Source: an uncultured Fibrobacteria bacterium
GTDB lineage: Bacteria; Fibrobacterota; Fibrobacteria; UBA11236
Length of the DNA: 64,000 nucleotides
NCBI GenBank assembly: GCA_963716395.1
Contig: OY970309.1
Coordinates: forward strand, 2,336,001 to 2,400,000
Direction: 5' to 3'
Position numbers and translations under genes: made by a program. Every line of letters begins with the position of its first letter. The stretch's first letter is position 1. Under the pieces are notes generated by a model. That model had not been told where the DNA came from. It saw only the letters and a list, made by a program, of their open reading frames with translations, and searched no databases. Below are positions 52,441 through 62,232 of this stretch, piece by piece.

Positions 52441-53670
52441 GTGGATTCGGGTCCCCGCCGCGTGTTGATTCTGGGCGGGGGGTTCGCGGCCTTCCGCTTT
52501 GCGCGCGATCTGCGTCACTCTTCCTACCGCTTGCTTCTGGCCGCGCCGCGTAACCACTTTCTCTTCACGCCGCTTTTGCCCAGCACCACGGTGGGTACCC
52601 TCGAATTCCGCAGCATTCTCGAACCCTTTCGCCGCAACCTGCCCGGGGTCGAGTTGCATCTGTTCGAAGCCACGGGCCTCGACCTGGGGCGCAAAATCGT
52701 GGCGGGGCGCAGCCCGCTCGACGGCCGCGAAGCCGAGCTCGCCTTTGACGATCTCATCATCGCCGTGGGCGCGGTGCCCGGCACCTTCGGCGTTCCGGGG
52801 GTCAAGGAACACGCCTTGTTTTTGAAAGAGATCTCCGATGCGCGCCGCATCCGCCGCGCCGTACTCGATTGCCTCGAGCGCGCGTCCTGGCCCGGCACGA
52901 CCCCGGAGCGACGGCGTGAAATTCTGAGCCTGGTGGTGGTGGGCGGCGGGCCTACCGGCGTCGAGTTCGCCGCCGAGTTGCACGACTTTCTCCACCGCGA
53001 CTTGGCGCGTGCCTATCCGGCCGAAATCGAAGCGGTGCGCATCACCTTGCTCGAAGGCGGCCCGCATCTGCTGGGAGCCTACCATCAGGCTTTGTCCGAA
53101 TACACCGCACGCCGCTTTCAGCGCGAGCACATTGAGGTGCGTACGCACACGCATGTAACCGGTGTCGCAGACGGGCGTGTCACCCTGCAGGATGGATCCA
53201 CCGTGGCCTTCGGCCTCTTGGTGTGGGCCACCGGCAATGCGCCTTCGGCCTTCGTGGCCGGCCTGCCGTTCGCCAAGGATCACGCCGGCCGCCTGGTGGT
53301 CGACCCCACCTTGGGCGTGGCCGAAGGGGTCTACGCCTTGGGCGACTGCTCTTGCCTCGCGTCGCAGCCGGTTCCGGCCACAGCGCAGGTGGCCGAGCAG
53401 CAGGGGCATTATCTGGCTGACGCGTTTCGCCGGCGCGCGCGGGGGAGGCCCGTGAAACCCTTTCGCTATCACCCCATGGGCATGCTCGCCTATGTCGGAG
53501 GCCATCGCGCTGTGGCCGATCTTCCCCAATTCCAGGGCCGGGGCCGCTTGGCTTTCCTGTTCTGGCGGTCGGTGTATCTCACCAAGGTGGTCAGCCTGCG
53601 CAACAAAATTCTGGTGCTGTTCGACTGGGCGAAGACCCGGGTGTTCGGCCGGGATCTTTCCCGCGTATGA
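52441..53670 (+). CDS. ndh: Type II NADH dehydrogenase
   Basis: ILGGGFAA, FLFTPLLPSTTVGTLEFRS, VVGGGPTGVEFAAE, ATAQVAEQQG, LRNKILVLFDW..FGRD. Confidence 0.9.
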   Translation: MDSGPRRVLILGGGFAAFRFARDLRHSSYRLLLAAPRNHFLFTPLLPSTTVGTLEFRSILEPFRRNLPGVELHLFEATGLDLGRKIVAGRSPLDGREAELAFDDLIIAVGAVPGTFGVPGVKEHALFLKEISDARRIRRAVLDCLERASWPGTTPERRREILSLVVVGGGPTGVEFAAELHDFLHRDLARAYPAEIEAVRITLLEGGPHLLGAYHQALSEYTARRFQREHIEVRTHTHVTGVADGRVTLQDGSTVAFGLLVWATGNAPSAFVAGLPFAKDHAGRLVVDPTLGVAEGVYALGDCSCLASQPVPATAQVAEQQGHYLADAFRRRARGRPVKPFRYHPMGMLAYVGGHRAVADLPQFQGRGRLAFLFWRSVYLTKVVSLRNKILVLFDWAKTRVFGRDLSRV

Positions 53671-55727
53671 CGGATTCCGCCTCGTCCTTCGGTGCCGGGA
53701 ACGCGCTCGCGCAGGCAGCCAGCCCGTATTTGCGGCAGCATGCGCGCAATCCTGTGGACTGGATGGAATGGGGCGACCAGGCTATGGCCCGCGCCCGCGC
53801 CGAAGGCAAATTGCTGCTCATCAGCATCGGTTATGCGGCCTGCCACTGGTGCCATGTGATGGCGCATGAATGCTTCGAAGACGCCGGGATCGCGGCGCTG
53901 ATGAACCGCCATTTCGTATGCGTGAAGGTCGACCGCGAAGAGCGGCCCGATGTGGATCAGGTGTACATGGAGGCGGTGCAGCTCATGATTGGCCACGGCG
54001 GCTGGCCCCTGAATTGCTTTGCACTGCCCGACGGCCGGCCAGTCTACGGCGGCACCTATTTCCGTCCCGAGGCTTGGCACACCGTGCTGACGCGCCTGGC
54101 CACGCTGTGGGAACAGGAGCCCGATCGGGTGACCCAAGAGGCGGGCCAATTGGCCAAGTACCTGCAAGCCAGCCACCGCCGCGCCCCGGGCCGCGTCGCG
54201 GAAGGCGTCACCTGGAAATGGCCGGAGGTCTACGCGGCGTTCTCCGCCCGCTTCGACCGCGAGCAGGGCGGCACGGCCGGGGCGCCCAAGTTTCCCATGC
54301 CGGCGGAGTGGCAGTTCCTTCTGCGTTACGGGTGGGCCGCGGGTGACGCCGGTTGCGCGCGCCAGGTGCGCCTGACTTTGGATCGCATGGCCGCGGGCGG
54401 GCTGTGCGACCAACTGGGCGGCGGCTTCGCGCGCTACTCCACCGACGCCGCCTGGAAGGTGCCGCACTTCGAGAAAATGCTGTATGACAACGCCCAATTG
54501 ATCGAACTGTACGCCGAGGCTTCCGCCGTCTATGCCGAGCCCCGTTACCGCGACGCGGCCCTGGACGCGGCCGAATTCCTGGAGCGCGAGTTGGCCCTGG
54601 AGGGCGGCGGCTATGCCTCGTCGCTCGACGCCGACAGCGAAGGCGAAGAAGGCCGCTTTTACGCCTGGACGCGATCCGAATTGGAAAGCGCCTTGGGCGA
54701 GCGCCTGCGCTGGTTCGCCGACATCACCGGCGTAGACGGCGAAGGTCATTGGGAACGCGGCAACAACGTGTTACTTCGGCGTTACTCCCTGGAAGACCTG
54801 GCCGCGCGGCAGGGATGGACGCGCGCCGAGGCGGAACGGGTCTGGGCCGAAGCCCGCCGCGATTTGCTGGCGTGGCGCGCGCGCCGGCCGCGCCCCGCGC
54901 GCGATGACAAGGTCCTGACCTCGTGGAACGGGCTGACGGTGCGGGCCCTGGCCGCGGCCTTCCGGCATACCGGCCGCGACGTGCTGCGGCAACGCGCCGT
55001 GCGCACGGCCGACTTTCTGCTCGGGCGCGCCCGCCGCGCAGACGGCGGCTTGTGGCACCGCGGCTTTGAGGACGCTTTCGCCGTGGAAGGGTTTCTCGAA
55101 GACTATGCCCTGCTGGCCGATGGCTTGATCGAACTTTATCAGGTCACCTTCGCCGCGCGCTATCTCGACGTCGCCCGCGGTCTGGCTGACTACGCACTGG
55201 AGCATTTCGGCGGCGACGATTCGCCCTGGCTGTACTTCACCGCCGACACCGCTCCGCCGCTGCTGGTGCGCAAACGGGAAACGCAGGACAACGTCATCCC
55301 TTCGTCCAACGCCGTCTTCGCGCGCGTGCTGCTGGCGCTGGCCGATTTTTTCGCGGCGCCGGAGTACCGCGTGCGCGCCGAAGCCATGCTGTCCGCGGTG
55401 CGCGCGGAGTTTCCCATCTACGCGCCGGCCTATGCGGTGTGGGCGCAGACGCTCCTGGCCGAAAGCTTTCCCATGGCCACCCTGGCGGTGGTTGGTCCCG
55501 AAGCCCACGCCTTCCGCGACGCCACGGCGGGGAAGTACCGGCCGCAGTGGCGCTATGCCGGCAGCGAAATCCCGGCCGATCTGCCGCTATTGCGCGGCAA
55601 GTTCCAGGCCGGCGCCACTTTGGCCTTTCGCTGCCAAGGCGACGCCTGCGGCCGGCCGCAAACGGATTGGCGGCAGCTGCTGGAGTCGGAGAACCTGCGC
55701 TGGAATCCCGAGGGCGTGGCGCCGTGA
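53667..55727 (+). CDS. Thioredoxin-domain protein, YyaL/DUF255 family
   Basis: SPYLRQHARNPVDW, SIGYAACHWCHVMAHE, VPHFEKMLYDNA, DDKVLTSWNG. Confidence 0.92.
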   Translation: MTDSASSFGAGNALAQAASPYLRQHARNPVDWMEWGDQAMARARAEGKLLLISIGYAACHWCHVMAHECFEDAGIAALMNRHFVCVKVDREERPDVDQVYMEAVQLMIGHGGWPLNCFALPDGRPVYGGTYFRPEAWHTVLTRLATLWEQEPDRVTQEAGQLAKYLQASHRRAPGRVAEGVTWKWPEVYAAFSARFDREQGGTAGAPKFPMPAEWQFLLRYGWAAGDAGCARQVRLTLDRMAAGGLCDQLGGGFARYSTDAAWKVPHFEKMLYDNAQLIELYAEASAVYAEPRYRDAALDAAEFLERELALEGGGYASSLDADSEGEEGRFYAWTRSELESALGERLRWFADITGVDGEGHWERGNNVLLRRYSLEDLAARQGWTRAEAERVWAEARRDLLAWRARRPRPARDDKVLTSWNGLTVRALAAAFRHTGRDVLRQRAVRTADFLLGRARRADGGLWHRGFEDAFAVEGFLEDYALLADGLIELYQVTFAARYLDVARGLADYALEHFGGDDSPWLYFTADTAPPLLVRKRETQDNVIPSSNAVFARVLLALADFFAAPEYRVRAEAMLSAVRAEFPIYAPAYAVWAQTLLAESFPMATLAVVGPEAHAFRDATAGKYRPQWRYAGSEIPADLPLLRGKFQAGATLAFRCQGDACGRPQTDWRQLLESENLRWNPEGVAP

Positions 55728-55967
55728 AAAAGCGGTCGACCGCCCCGGGACCGGGGCAACCGGGACGTTAACCCCTTGATGCAACAGGAAATGAAATCCT
55801 TCGGAGCCGGCCTCGTCACCCCTGCAAGGCCTGTCGCTCTAAGGCCGCAAGCCTTTGCCCCGGAAATTTCCGCTTTGCAAGGGCGGTAACCGAGAGTAGA
55901 TTCCAGGCACGAGATCCCGCACGGCGGGGTCTTGACCTCTACACCCCTCACCTCCATAGGAGCTCTT

Positions 55968-56267
55968 ATGAACAAGCAGGAATTGATTGCGGCCGTAATC
56001 GCCGACAAAAACAGCGGCATCGAATCCAAAGCCGCCGCCGAACGGGCCATCAACGCGGTGCTAGAAGGCATCGAGAGCGGCCTCAAGAAAGACGGCGGCG
56101 TGCAGCTGATCGGCTTCGGAACCTTCTCCGTCAAAACCCGCGCCGCCCGCAAGGGCCGCAATCCGGCCACGGGCGAGGAGATCAAGATCAAGGCTTCGCG
56201 CACCGTCGGATTCAAGGCGGGTCTGGCGCTGAAAGAAATCGCCAAGAAGTCCAAGGGCGGCAAATAA
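55968..56267 (+). CDS. hup: HU family DNA-binding protein
   Basis: MNKQELI, VQLIGFGTF, RKGRNPATGEEIKI; AGGAG RBS. Confidence 0.95.
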   Translation: MNKQELIAAVIADKNSGIESKAAAERAINAVLEGIESGLKKDGGVQLIGFGTFSVKTRAARKGRNPATGEEIKIKASRTVGFKAGLALKEIAKKSKGGK

Positions 56268-56286
56268 TCGCAGGCCCGATACGGGA

Positions 56287-56317
56287 AAAAGGGGTGGCCT
56301 TGCGGCCGCCCCTTTTC
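56287..56317 (+). terminator. Intrinsic terminator after HU
   Basis: AAAAGGGGTGGCC-TTGC-GGCCGCCCCTTTT. Confidence 0.7.
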
Positions 56318-56346
56318 TATTTCGCTGACTTTTCACCGGCGCCGGC

Positions 56347-57192
56347 ATGTCTGATTTTTCCTCTGTTTCTTCCTCTTCTTCTTCTGCATCGCTTCGGGTG
56401 GGACGCATCCCGTTCCTGGTGTGCGCGCCGTATTTTCACGCCTCGCTCGGCGGATGGCCGGGCGCCTGCTTCTCCGCCGGTCCGCCGCGGCTTCTGAACC
56501 GCCTATTGGCCGCCGGCGATCTTGACGCCGCGCCTTCGTCGAGTTTCGAATACGCCCGCCACTTCGAGCGCTATTTGCTGCTGCCGGGTTTGTGCACGTC
56601 GGGCCGGGGCGAAGTGAAATCGGTGCGCTTTCTGTCGCAACGGCCCTGGGAAGCGTTACATGGCGAACCCGTGGCCCTGGCGGCGGCCTCCGATACTTCC
56701 AACGCCGTGTTTCAGGTGCTGAGCCGCTTCCGCTTCGGAGTGACTCCCAAGTTAGGGGAAGAGGGCGATGGGGCGCCGGTTACGGGCCGGGTTTGCATCG
56801 GCGACGCGGCCCTGCGCGCCGCCTCGGGGGACTGGCCGTTTCGCTATGATCTGGCCGAGGTTTGGGAAACCTGGCAGGGTACGCGGCTGCCCTTCGGCCT
56901 GTGGATGGTGCGTCTCGAAGCCTGGCGCGCGGCGCGGTCCCGGGTGCGGGCCTACCATGCGCACTTGCGTCAATCCCTGGCGGATTTTTTCGTCGACCCG
57001 GCCGCAGCCCTGGCGGTGTGGGATCGCGTGCACCCCTTGCCGCTCCGCTTGCCGGAGGCATTGGATTTTTTCTCCACCACCGATTACGCCTTCGGGCCCT
57101 TGCAGGAGCGGGCGTTGCATACCTTTTTCGCGCTGGCGCGCGAAGCGAACCTGTTCTCCGCGGTTCCGCCTCTGCGCTTCGCCGAAGTTTAG
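56347..57192 (+). CDS. mqnA: Chorismate dehydratase MqnA-like (futalosine menaquinone pathway)
   Basis: LRVGRIPF, LNRLLAAGDLD..SSFEY, GEVKSV, IGDAAL, YDLAEVW..LPFGLW. Confidence 0.8.
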   Translation: MSDFSSVSSSSSSASLRVGRIPFLVCAPYFHASLGGWPGACFSAGPPRLLNRLLAAGDLDAAPSSSFEYARHFERYLLLPGLCTSGRGEVKSVRFLSQRPWEALHGEPVALAAASDTSNAVFQVLSRFRFGVTPKLGEEGDGAPVTGRVCIGDAALRAASGDWPFRYDLAEVWETWQGTRLPFGLWMVRLEAWRAARSRVRAYHAHLRQSLADFFVDPAAALAVWDRVHPLPLRLPEALDFFSTTDYAFGPLQERALHTFFALAREANLFSAVPPLRFAEV

Positions 57193-57205
57193 ACCTCGGC
57201 CGCCG

Positions 57206-57297
57206 CCCTTCGACAAGCCCAGGGATCGTAGGGGTGGGCTCCTCGGCGCGGCCGGTGAGCCTGGTTCCCGAGCTTGTCGAGGGATGTCGAACCGGCC
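57206..57297. repeat. REP-like palindromic element related to 12549-12646
   Basis: CCCTTCGACAAGCCCAGGGA pairs imperfectly with TCCCGAGCTTGTCGAGGG; flanked by a split GGTGAGCC...TGTCGAACCGGCC. Confidence 0.7.
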
Positions 57298-57346
57298 AAT
57301 TTCATCGCGTGCGCCTTCGGCGGATGAGGAACTTTTGCGAGTGGTG

Positions 57347-58006
57347 TTAGACTTCGGCTTCGGCCTCTTCCCGGAGAAAGCGCCGGGTGGCGTCGGGATG
57401 CGACAGCGACACCAAATGATTTTTTCCGGGGAGAAGTTGCAAGCCCGGCAAATGCAGGGGCGGGCGGATGAGCCAGTCGCCTTGGCAATGCAGGGCGCTG
57501 CAAGGGACAGCGGGTTCGCAACCCGGCCACTCCATCATCATTTTCGGCAGTTGCCGCAACAGCGCCGGCGAAAAATCGCCCATGACCCGGCGCAAAAATG
57601 CCTCGCCTTCGGCCGTATGCATGCCCAGCCGGCGGAGCAAGGTGGGCAGGCGCAGGAAGAAATGGTGCAATGCGGGTCCGGGAATGGCCCGGGCCATGGC
57701 ACCCGCCATGTGGAAGGGCAGGCGGATGAAGCGGGGATGGGTGCAACTCGCCAACAGGATCACCTTCTTCGCCCCGCATTGGCGGGCGATTTCCAGGGCC
57801 AGCATGCCACCCAGGGAAACGCCGCCGATGACTTCGCCCGCGGCAAACCCGATTTGCCCGGCCAGGCGCAGGGCGTAGTGCTCAAGGCGTTCGCCCGGCT
57901 CGACGGCGATGAGATCGTGGCAAAAATATCGATCTCCCGGGAGATTCAGGCATTCCAACACCCGGCGGTCCAGGGCAAAGCCGGTGAGAAGATGGATTCT
58001 GCGCAT
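57347..58006 (-). CDS. Alpha/beta hydrolase fold protein
   Basis: GGVSLGGM nucleophile elbow, D in GDWLI, H in KNHL. Confidence 0.8.
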   Translation of the reverse strand: MRRIHLLTGFALDRRVLECLNLPGDRYFCHDLIAVEPGERLEHYALRLAGQIGFAAGEVIGGVSLGGMLALEIARQCGAKKVILLASCTHPRFIRLPFHMAGAMARAIPGPALHHFFLRLPTLLRRLGMHTAEGEAFLRRVMGDFSPALLRQLPKMMMEWPGCEPAVPCSALHCQGDWLIRPPLHLPGLQLLPGKNHLVSLSHPDATRRFLREEAEAEV

Positions 58007-58038
58007 TCCTTCTCCCATCCTATTAAATTTTCCGGAGC

Positions 58039-59328
58039 ATGCATATCCATCGGGTCCGCTCTCCCCGCGAAGCCGAAGGCGCCGGTGTTCCGGCGGCCGC
58101 GCCGGCGTCGCTCAAGCCCGGCGAACTGTTCGTCAACCGCTTTCGCATCGTCCGGCATCTGGGCACAGGTAGCTTGTGTGCGACCTATCTCGCCGCCGAC
58201 GAGGATCAGGGCGAAGTCGTGCTCAAGGTGTTGCAGCCCCGCAAAGCCCTGAGTCCGGCTTACACCGAAGACTTTCTGTTCCTGGCGCGATCCGTGGCGC
58301 ATTACCGTCACCCCGGCATCGCGCGCGTGTTGGAGTCGGGCCGTGGCCAGGGTGAAGTCCATTACGTGATGGAAAAGATCGACGGCCCGCCGCTGCGCGC
58401 CTGGCTCTTCGAGCGTCTGACCTTCGCCAACCGCGTGGGGCCGGGGCTGGGACTCATACGACACCTGCTGGCGGTTTTCGAAGTAGTGCATGAACGCGGC
58501 TGTTACGGCGCCTTGAAACCCGAAAACGTGTTCATGCACCCGACGCGCGGCCCGGTGATCCTGGATTTCGGGGTGCCCGGTTTTCTCAGTCCGCAGGAAT
58601 TCGAGTTCAACGCCCATGCCCGCCGCTATTTGCCGTATATGGCGCCCGAGCTCAAACGCGACTGGAGCAATTTGCTGCCGCAAAGCGACGTGTATTCCCT
58701 GGGCGCGCTGTTGTATGAGATATTGGTGGGCCGCCCTCCGGCCTTGCCGTTGCAATTTCTGCCCAGTGAAGCCAGTGCCCGCTTCGGCCTGGCCGCCGAT
58801 GAAGTCGTGCTCAAGGCCATGGCCGAGAATCCCTTCGACCGTTATGACAGCCTCGAAGCCTTTGATGCCTCCTTGATCGGTCTGACGCAGGCCATCTTTG
58901 GCCCGGATTCGGTCGTACGCGAACCCGAAGCCGCGCCGCCGCCGTTTGCCGACGCGCCCTCCGTGGAAATGCCAGAGGCGTCCAATCCGGCCGACGCAGC
59001 AGCTCTCTATGAGTCCTCTGAGCAATCCGCCGAACCGGACGACGGAACCGACACCGAGACCTGGGAGCGCGAAGAGGTGTTCGTGCGCGCTACTCCCGAC
59101 AACGGCGTCGGGGTCGAGACCAGCCTGGCCGCCTTGTCGTGGAACCACATCGAGGGTGCAGGCGATGCCCCCGAAGCGGAGGACCAAGCCGCCGGGGCCT
59201 TCGCCAACGCCGGCAACCTGGTGGCGGGCGACGAAGGAGCCCCGTTTTTGATTTGGATTCTGCTGGGGGTTCTGGCCGTGGCGTTGTGCGTGTTGGCGGC
59301 CATGTTGGGTGCACCCGCGACACGGTGA
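58039..59328 (+). CDS. Hanks-type Ser/Thr kinase-like protein with C-terminal TM (probable pseudokinase)
   Basis: LGTGS, VVLK, LKPENV, DFG, YMAPE, SDVYSLG; the HRD motif is replaced by YGA. Confidence 0.85.
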   Translation: MHIHRVRSPREAEGAGVPAAAPASLKPGELFVNRFRIVRHLGTGSLCATYLAADEDQGEVVLKVLQPRKALSPAYTEDFLFLARSVAHYRHPGIARVLESGRGQGEVHYVMEKIDGPPLRAWLFERLTFANRVGPGLGLIRHLLAVFEVVHERGCYGALKPENVFMHPTRGPVILDFGVPGFLSPQEFEFNAHARRYLPYMAPELKRDWSNLLPQSDVYSLGALLYEILVGRPPALPLQFLPSEASARFGLAADEVVLKAMAENPFDRYDSLEAFDASLIGLTQAIFGPDSVVREPEAAPPPFADAPSVEMPEASNPADAAALYESSEQSAEPDDGTDTETWEREEVFVRATPDNGVGVETSLAALSWNHIEGAGDAPEAEDQAAGAFANAGNLVAGDEGAPFLIWILLGVLAVALCVLAAMLGAPATR

Positions 59329-59359
59329 ACTTTTTGACCTCCGGCCCCCGTCGTCCCGC

Positions 59360-59704
59360 ATGGTGATTCGCGTGCCCGGAGCGCGGCGGTTGCGGCATGG
59401 AGAAACCCGGGTCTTCGACGTGCCATCGAAATACGGCGGCTTGCAGGGATTCGTGATTTGCTATGGCGACGATTTTTTCGCGTATCTGAACCAATGCCGG
59501 CATTGGCCCATTCCGCTGGACGCGGGGGACGAAGATTTTTTCCATCCCGCCATCGACCGCATCCGCTGCAAAACCCACGGCGCCGTTTACCACCCGGCGA
59601 CGGGGTTGTGCGAGGCCGGGCCCTGCGCCTTCAGCAGACTCGACGCGTATTCCCTGCAACCCGACGGTGACGATGTGCTGGTGACGGTCCCGGATTCGGT
59701 TTAG
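59360..59704 (+). CDS. Rieske [2Fe-2S] ferredoxin
   Basis: YLNQCRH ... CKTHGAVY..TGLCEAGPC. Confidence 0.9.
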   Translation: MVIRVPGARRLRHGETRVFDVPSKYGGLQGFVICYGDDFFAYLNQCRHWPIPLDAGDEDFFHPAIDRIRCKTHGAVYHPATGLCEAGPCAFSRLDAYSLQPDGDDVLVTVPDSV

Positions 59705-59803
59705 TCGGCCGGGGAGCAACGGGCGGCGCTGCGCGACCATCATTCATGGCACCAAGCCCGCGTAGTACGCTACAATCAAGCGGCGAAAATCCGCAGGCTT
59801 CCT

Positions 59804-60358
59804 ATGAAATCTTGGCTGCAACGCATGGCGGCAGGCGATCCCGCGCCGCTGGAGGCTCTGTACAATCGGTATGGCGGGGCGCTGTATTCCTTCGCCCTGG
59901 ACTTGGTGCGCCCACCCGAATCGGCCGCCGCCGTGGTCGAAGAGGTGTTCGTACGTCTGTGGGAGCAGGCGGGGGAATGGGAAGCCACCCCGGGAACCCT
60001 GTTCGGCAAATTGGTGGCGCTGACCCGCTATCATGCGCAAGACCGCCTGCGGGCCGCCGCTTTCCCCAACCGCAAACAGGAATGGGGCGGGGTGGAAAAT
60101 CCCGATGCCTTCGGTGGCGGCGACGACCCGGCCCCCGGCGACAAAATTCCGCTGGCTGAGCGCGCCGCGCGCGTGAATGCGGCCTGCGCGGCCCTGCCGG
60201 CGCGACGCCGCGAATTGTTGCAAGCCGCCTTCGGCGCCGGCGAACCCTGCACGCAACTGGCCGCGCGCTGCGAACTTGATCGCGCCGGCGTGGCGCGGGA
60301 ATGCCGCAAGGCCTTGGAAGCCCTGCATGAATTTTGGCGGGATTGGATGGACGCGTGA
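59804..60358 (+). CDS. ECF sigma factor (SigK-like, divergent)
   Basis: GDPAPLEALYNRY..VVEEVFVRLW region 2; ALPARRRELL region 4; overlaps the anti-sigma gene. Confidence 0.75.
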   Translation: MKSWLQRMAAGDPAPLEALYNRYGGALYSFALDLVRPPESAAAVVEEVFVRLWEQAGEWEATPGTLFGKLVALTRYHAQDRLRAAAFPNRKQEWGGVENPDAFGGGDDPAPGDKIPLAERAARVNAACAALPARRRELLQAAFGAGEPCTQLAARCELDRAGVARECRKALEALHEFWRDWMDA

Positions 60359-61170
60359 ATCCGGATTGGGAATCGCTGCGCGACTTCGCGGCGCTGCATG
60401 CCGTCGGCGCTTTGGACGGCGAAGAGCGCACCCGCCTGCTGGAGACGTTGCCCGCGCTTTCCGACGCCGAGCGCCGCGAGTACAACGAATTCGTCCGCAC
60501 GGCCCAATTGCTGGGTTTGGCCGCGCCGCAGGTCTTGCCGCCACCCGATCTCAAGCGCCGCATTTTCGCCCGCATCGGCGCCACTCCGGTGCCGGGAATG
60601 GGGTTCCAGATTCTGCGCGGATCGAATCCCTGGCTGTTGCGCCTGGCCGCGCGCTTCGGCCTTTCTTCGCTCGGGTTATTGCGCTGGGCCTTGGCCGGCT
60701 GGTTGGTGACCGTGGCGGCGCTGGCGATTGGGATTCTGTTTCTGCGGGGAGGCGATTCGGCGAAGGGCGGCGCCGGCACGGTGCAGACCTTGCAACGCGA
60801 ACGCGATACGGTGGCGGGCCTGCGTCGGAATCTCGCTCTCTTGGCGGCACCGCAGGCACAATGGATCTCCCTGCACGCCGCCGATTCGGGTTCGGCTTCG
60901 GGATCGGTGCTTTGGGATCCCCCATCGGGCGAGGCCTTGCTGCAAGAGCGGGGGCTGCCGATACAGCGGGAGTTTGTGCTTTGGGCGGCCGTCGACGGGC
61001 AGGCCACGCGCGTTTATCGCTTTCGACCGCAGCAGCAAGACGGTTCGTGGCGTATCGCCATGCCGCGGACAAGCAACCAGCGCATTTCCGAGTTTTGGAT
61101 CAGCGCACAACCCGACTCCGATTCCGTATTCCCCGGTGGAGCCCGATGGTTGCAGGGGGCGCCGCCTTGA
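60355..61170 (+). CDS. RskA-like anti-sigma factor
   Basis: AALHAVGALDGEE..PPPDLKRRIFARI, TM, GSVLWD..FVLWA..FWIS; GTGA overlap with the sigma gene. Confidence 0.78.
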   Translation: MNPDWESLRDFAALHAVGALDGEERTRLLETLPALSDAERREYNEFVRTAQLLGLAAPQVLPPPDLKRRIFARIGATPVPGMGFQILRGSNPWLLRLAARFGLSSLGLLRWALAGWLVTVAALAIGILFLRGGDSAKGGAGTVQTLQRERDTVAGLRRNLALLAAPQAQWISLHAADSGSASGSVLWDPPSGEALLQERGLPIQREFVLWAAVDGQATRVYRFRPQQQDGSWRIAMPRTSNQRISEFWISAQPDSDSVFPGGARWLQGAPP

Positions 61171-61257
61171 GGCCTCACGGCGCGCGCGGCCATTTTCCGC
61201 TGAGAATCCGTCGGGAATATTCTTAGTTTGCCCAAAACTTCAGCGAGGAGACCCCCC

Positions 61258-62187
61258 ATGTTCACGCCCGCCTTCAACAGCGCCGCCGTCCAACGCCGCC
61301 GCGACCTCATGCCCGTCATCAACGCCGACAAACCCGGCAGCGGATTGCGGCACCCCGCGCCCAAAGGTGCGCGCATCTTCTGCGACTCGGCCACGCGGGG
61401 CGATATCGAACCCCTGCTCAAGGCCGGATTGATCCACGGCATCACCACCAATCCCACCTTGCTGAAAAAGGCCGGGGCGCATTCGTGGAATCATGCCAAG
61501 AAAATCATGCAGGAGTTGTGCTCGCTATTGCGGCCTTTTCCGGTGTCGCTCGAACTCACCGAATTGACCGAGGAGAAAATGGTGGCGCAGGCATCCGAGC
61601 TGGCGGCGCTGGGCGACAACGCCGTGATCAAGGTTCCCACCGGCGGCTATCCCGCCGTGGTTCCCGGAGCCGATCCGTTCACCGGATTCAAGGTGGTCCG
61701 CCGCCTGTGGGAACAGGGTGTGAAAACCAACGTCACCCTAATCTTCAACACCACGCAGGCGTTCTGGGCCGCCAATGCCGGGGCCACTTATGTGTCGCCC
61801 TTTCTGGGCCGGCTGGCCGATTATCTCTACAAGCACGATCAACCCGAGCGGCCGCATGGGAACAGTTTGTATTGGGTCGAGGATCACAAGAATTCCCGGG
61901 GCGATCAAGCCATCGCCAACAGCGAATACGTGGCTTCGGGCGGGGCGCCCAAAGACGCGGGCTCGCGCCTCATTTTCGAAATCGCCACGGCCTTCGCCAA
62001 TTATCAGATCACCACCGAAGTGCTGGCGGCCAGCATTCGCAATCCCGTGCAATTGACCGAATGCCTGCTGGCCGGGGCCGACATTCTTACCGTGCCTGCC
62101 GCCGTGCTGCAAACCGTGGCCACCCATCCGCTCAGCGACGAAGGTATGCAGGCGTTTTTGGAGGATTCCAAAGCCTTCAGCGCCTGA
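61258..62187 (+). CDS. tal: Transaldolase (TalC/FSA family); start uncertain (61228/61258/61309)
   Basis: IFCDSA, GITTNPTL, VSLE, VIKVP, TNVTLIF, ATYVSPFLGRL, AASIR, HPLSDEG. Confidence 0.88.
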   Translation: MFTPAFNSAAVQRRRDLMPVINADKPGSGLRHPAPKGARIFCDSATRGDIEPLLKAGLIHGITTNPTLLKKAGAHSWNHAKKIMQELCSLLRPFPVSLELTELTEEKMVAQASELAALGDNAVIKVPTGGYPAVVPGADPFTGFKVVRRLWEQGVKTNVTLIFNTTQAFWAANAGATYVSPFLGRLADYLYKHDQPERPHGNSLYWVEDHKNSRGDQAIANSEYVASGGAPKDAGSRLIFEIATAFANYQITTEVLAASIRNPVQLTECLLAGADILTVPAAVLQTVATHPLSDEGMQAFLEDSKAFSA

Positions 62188-62193
62188 ACCGAT

Positions 62194-62226
62194 TTTCAGC
62201 GCAGGGCTCCAGGCCCTGCGCTGAAA
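62194..62226. terminator. Hairpin between convergent genes
   Basis: TTTCAGCGCAGGGC-TCCAG-GCCCTGCGCTGAAA. Confidence 0.65.
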
Positions 62227-62232
62227 TGAACT

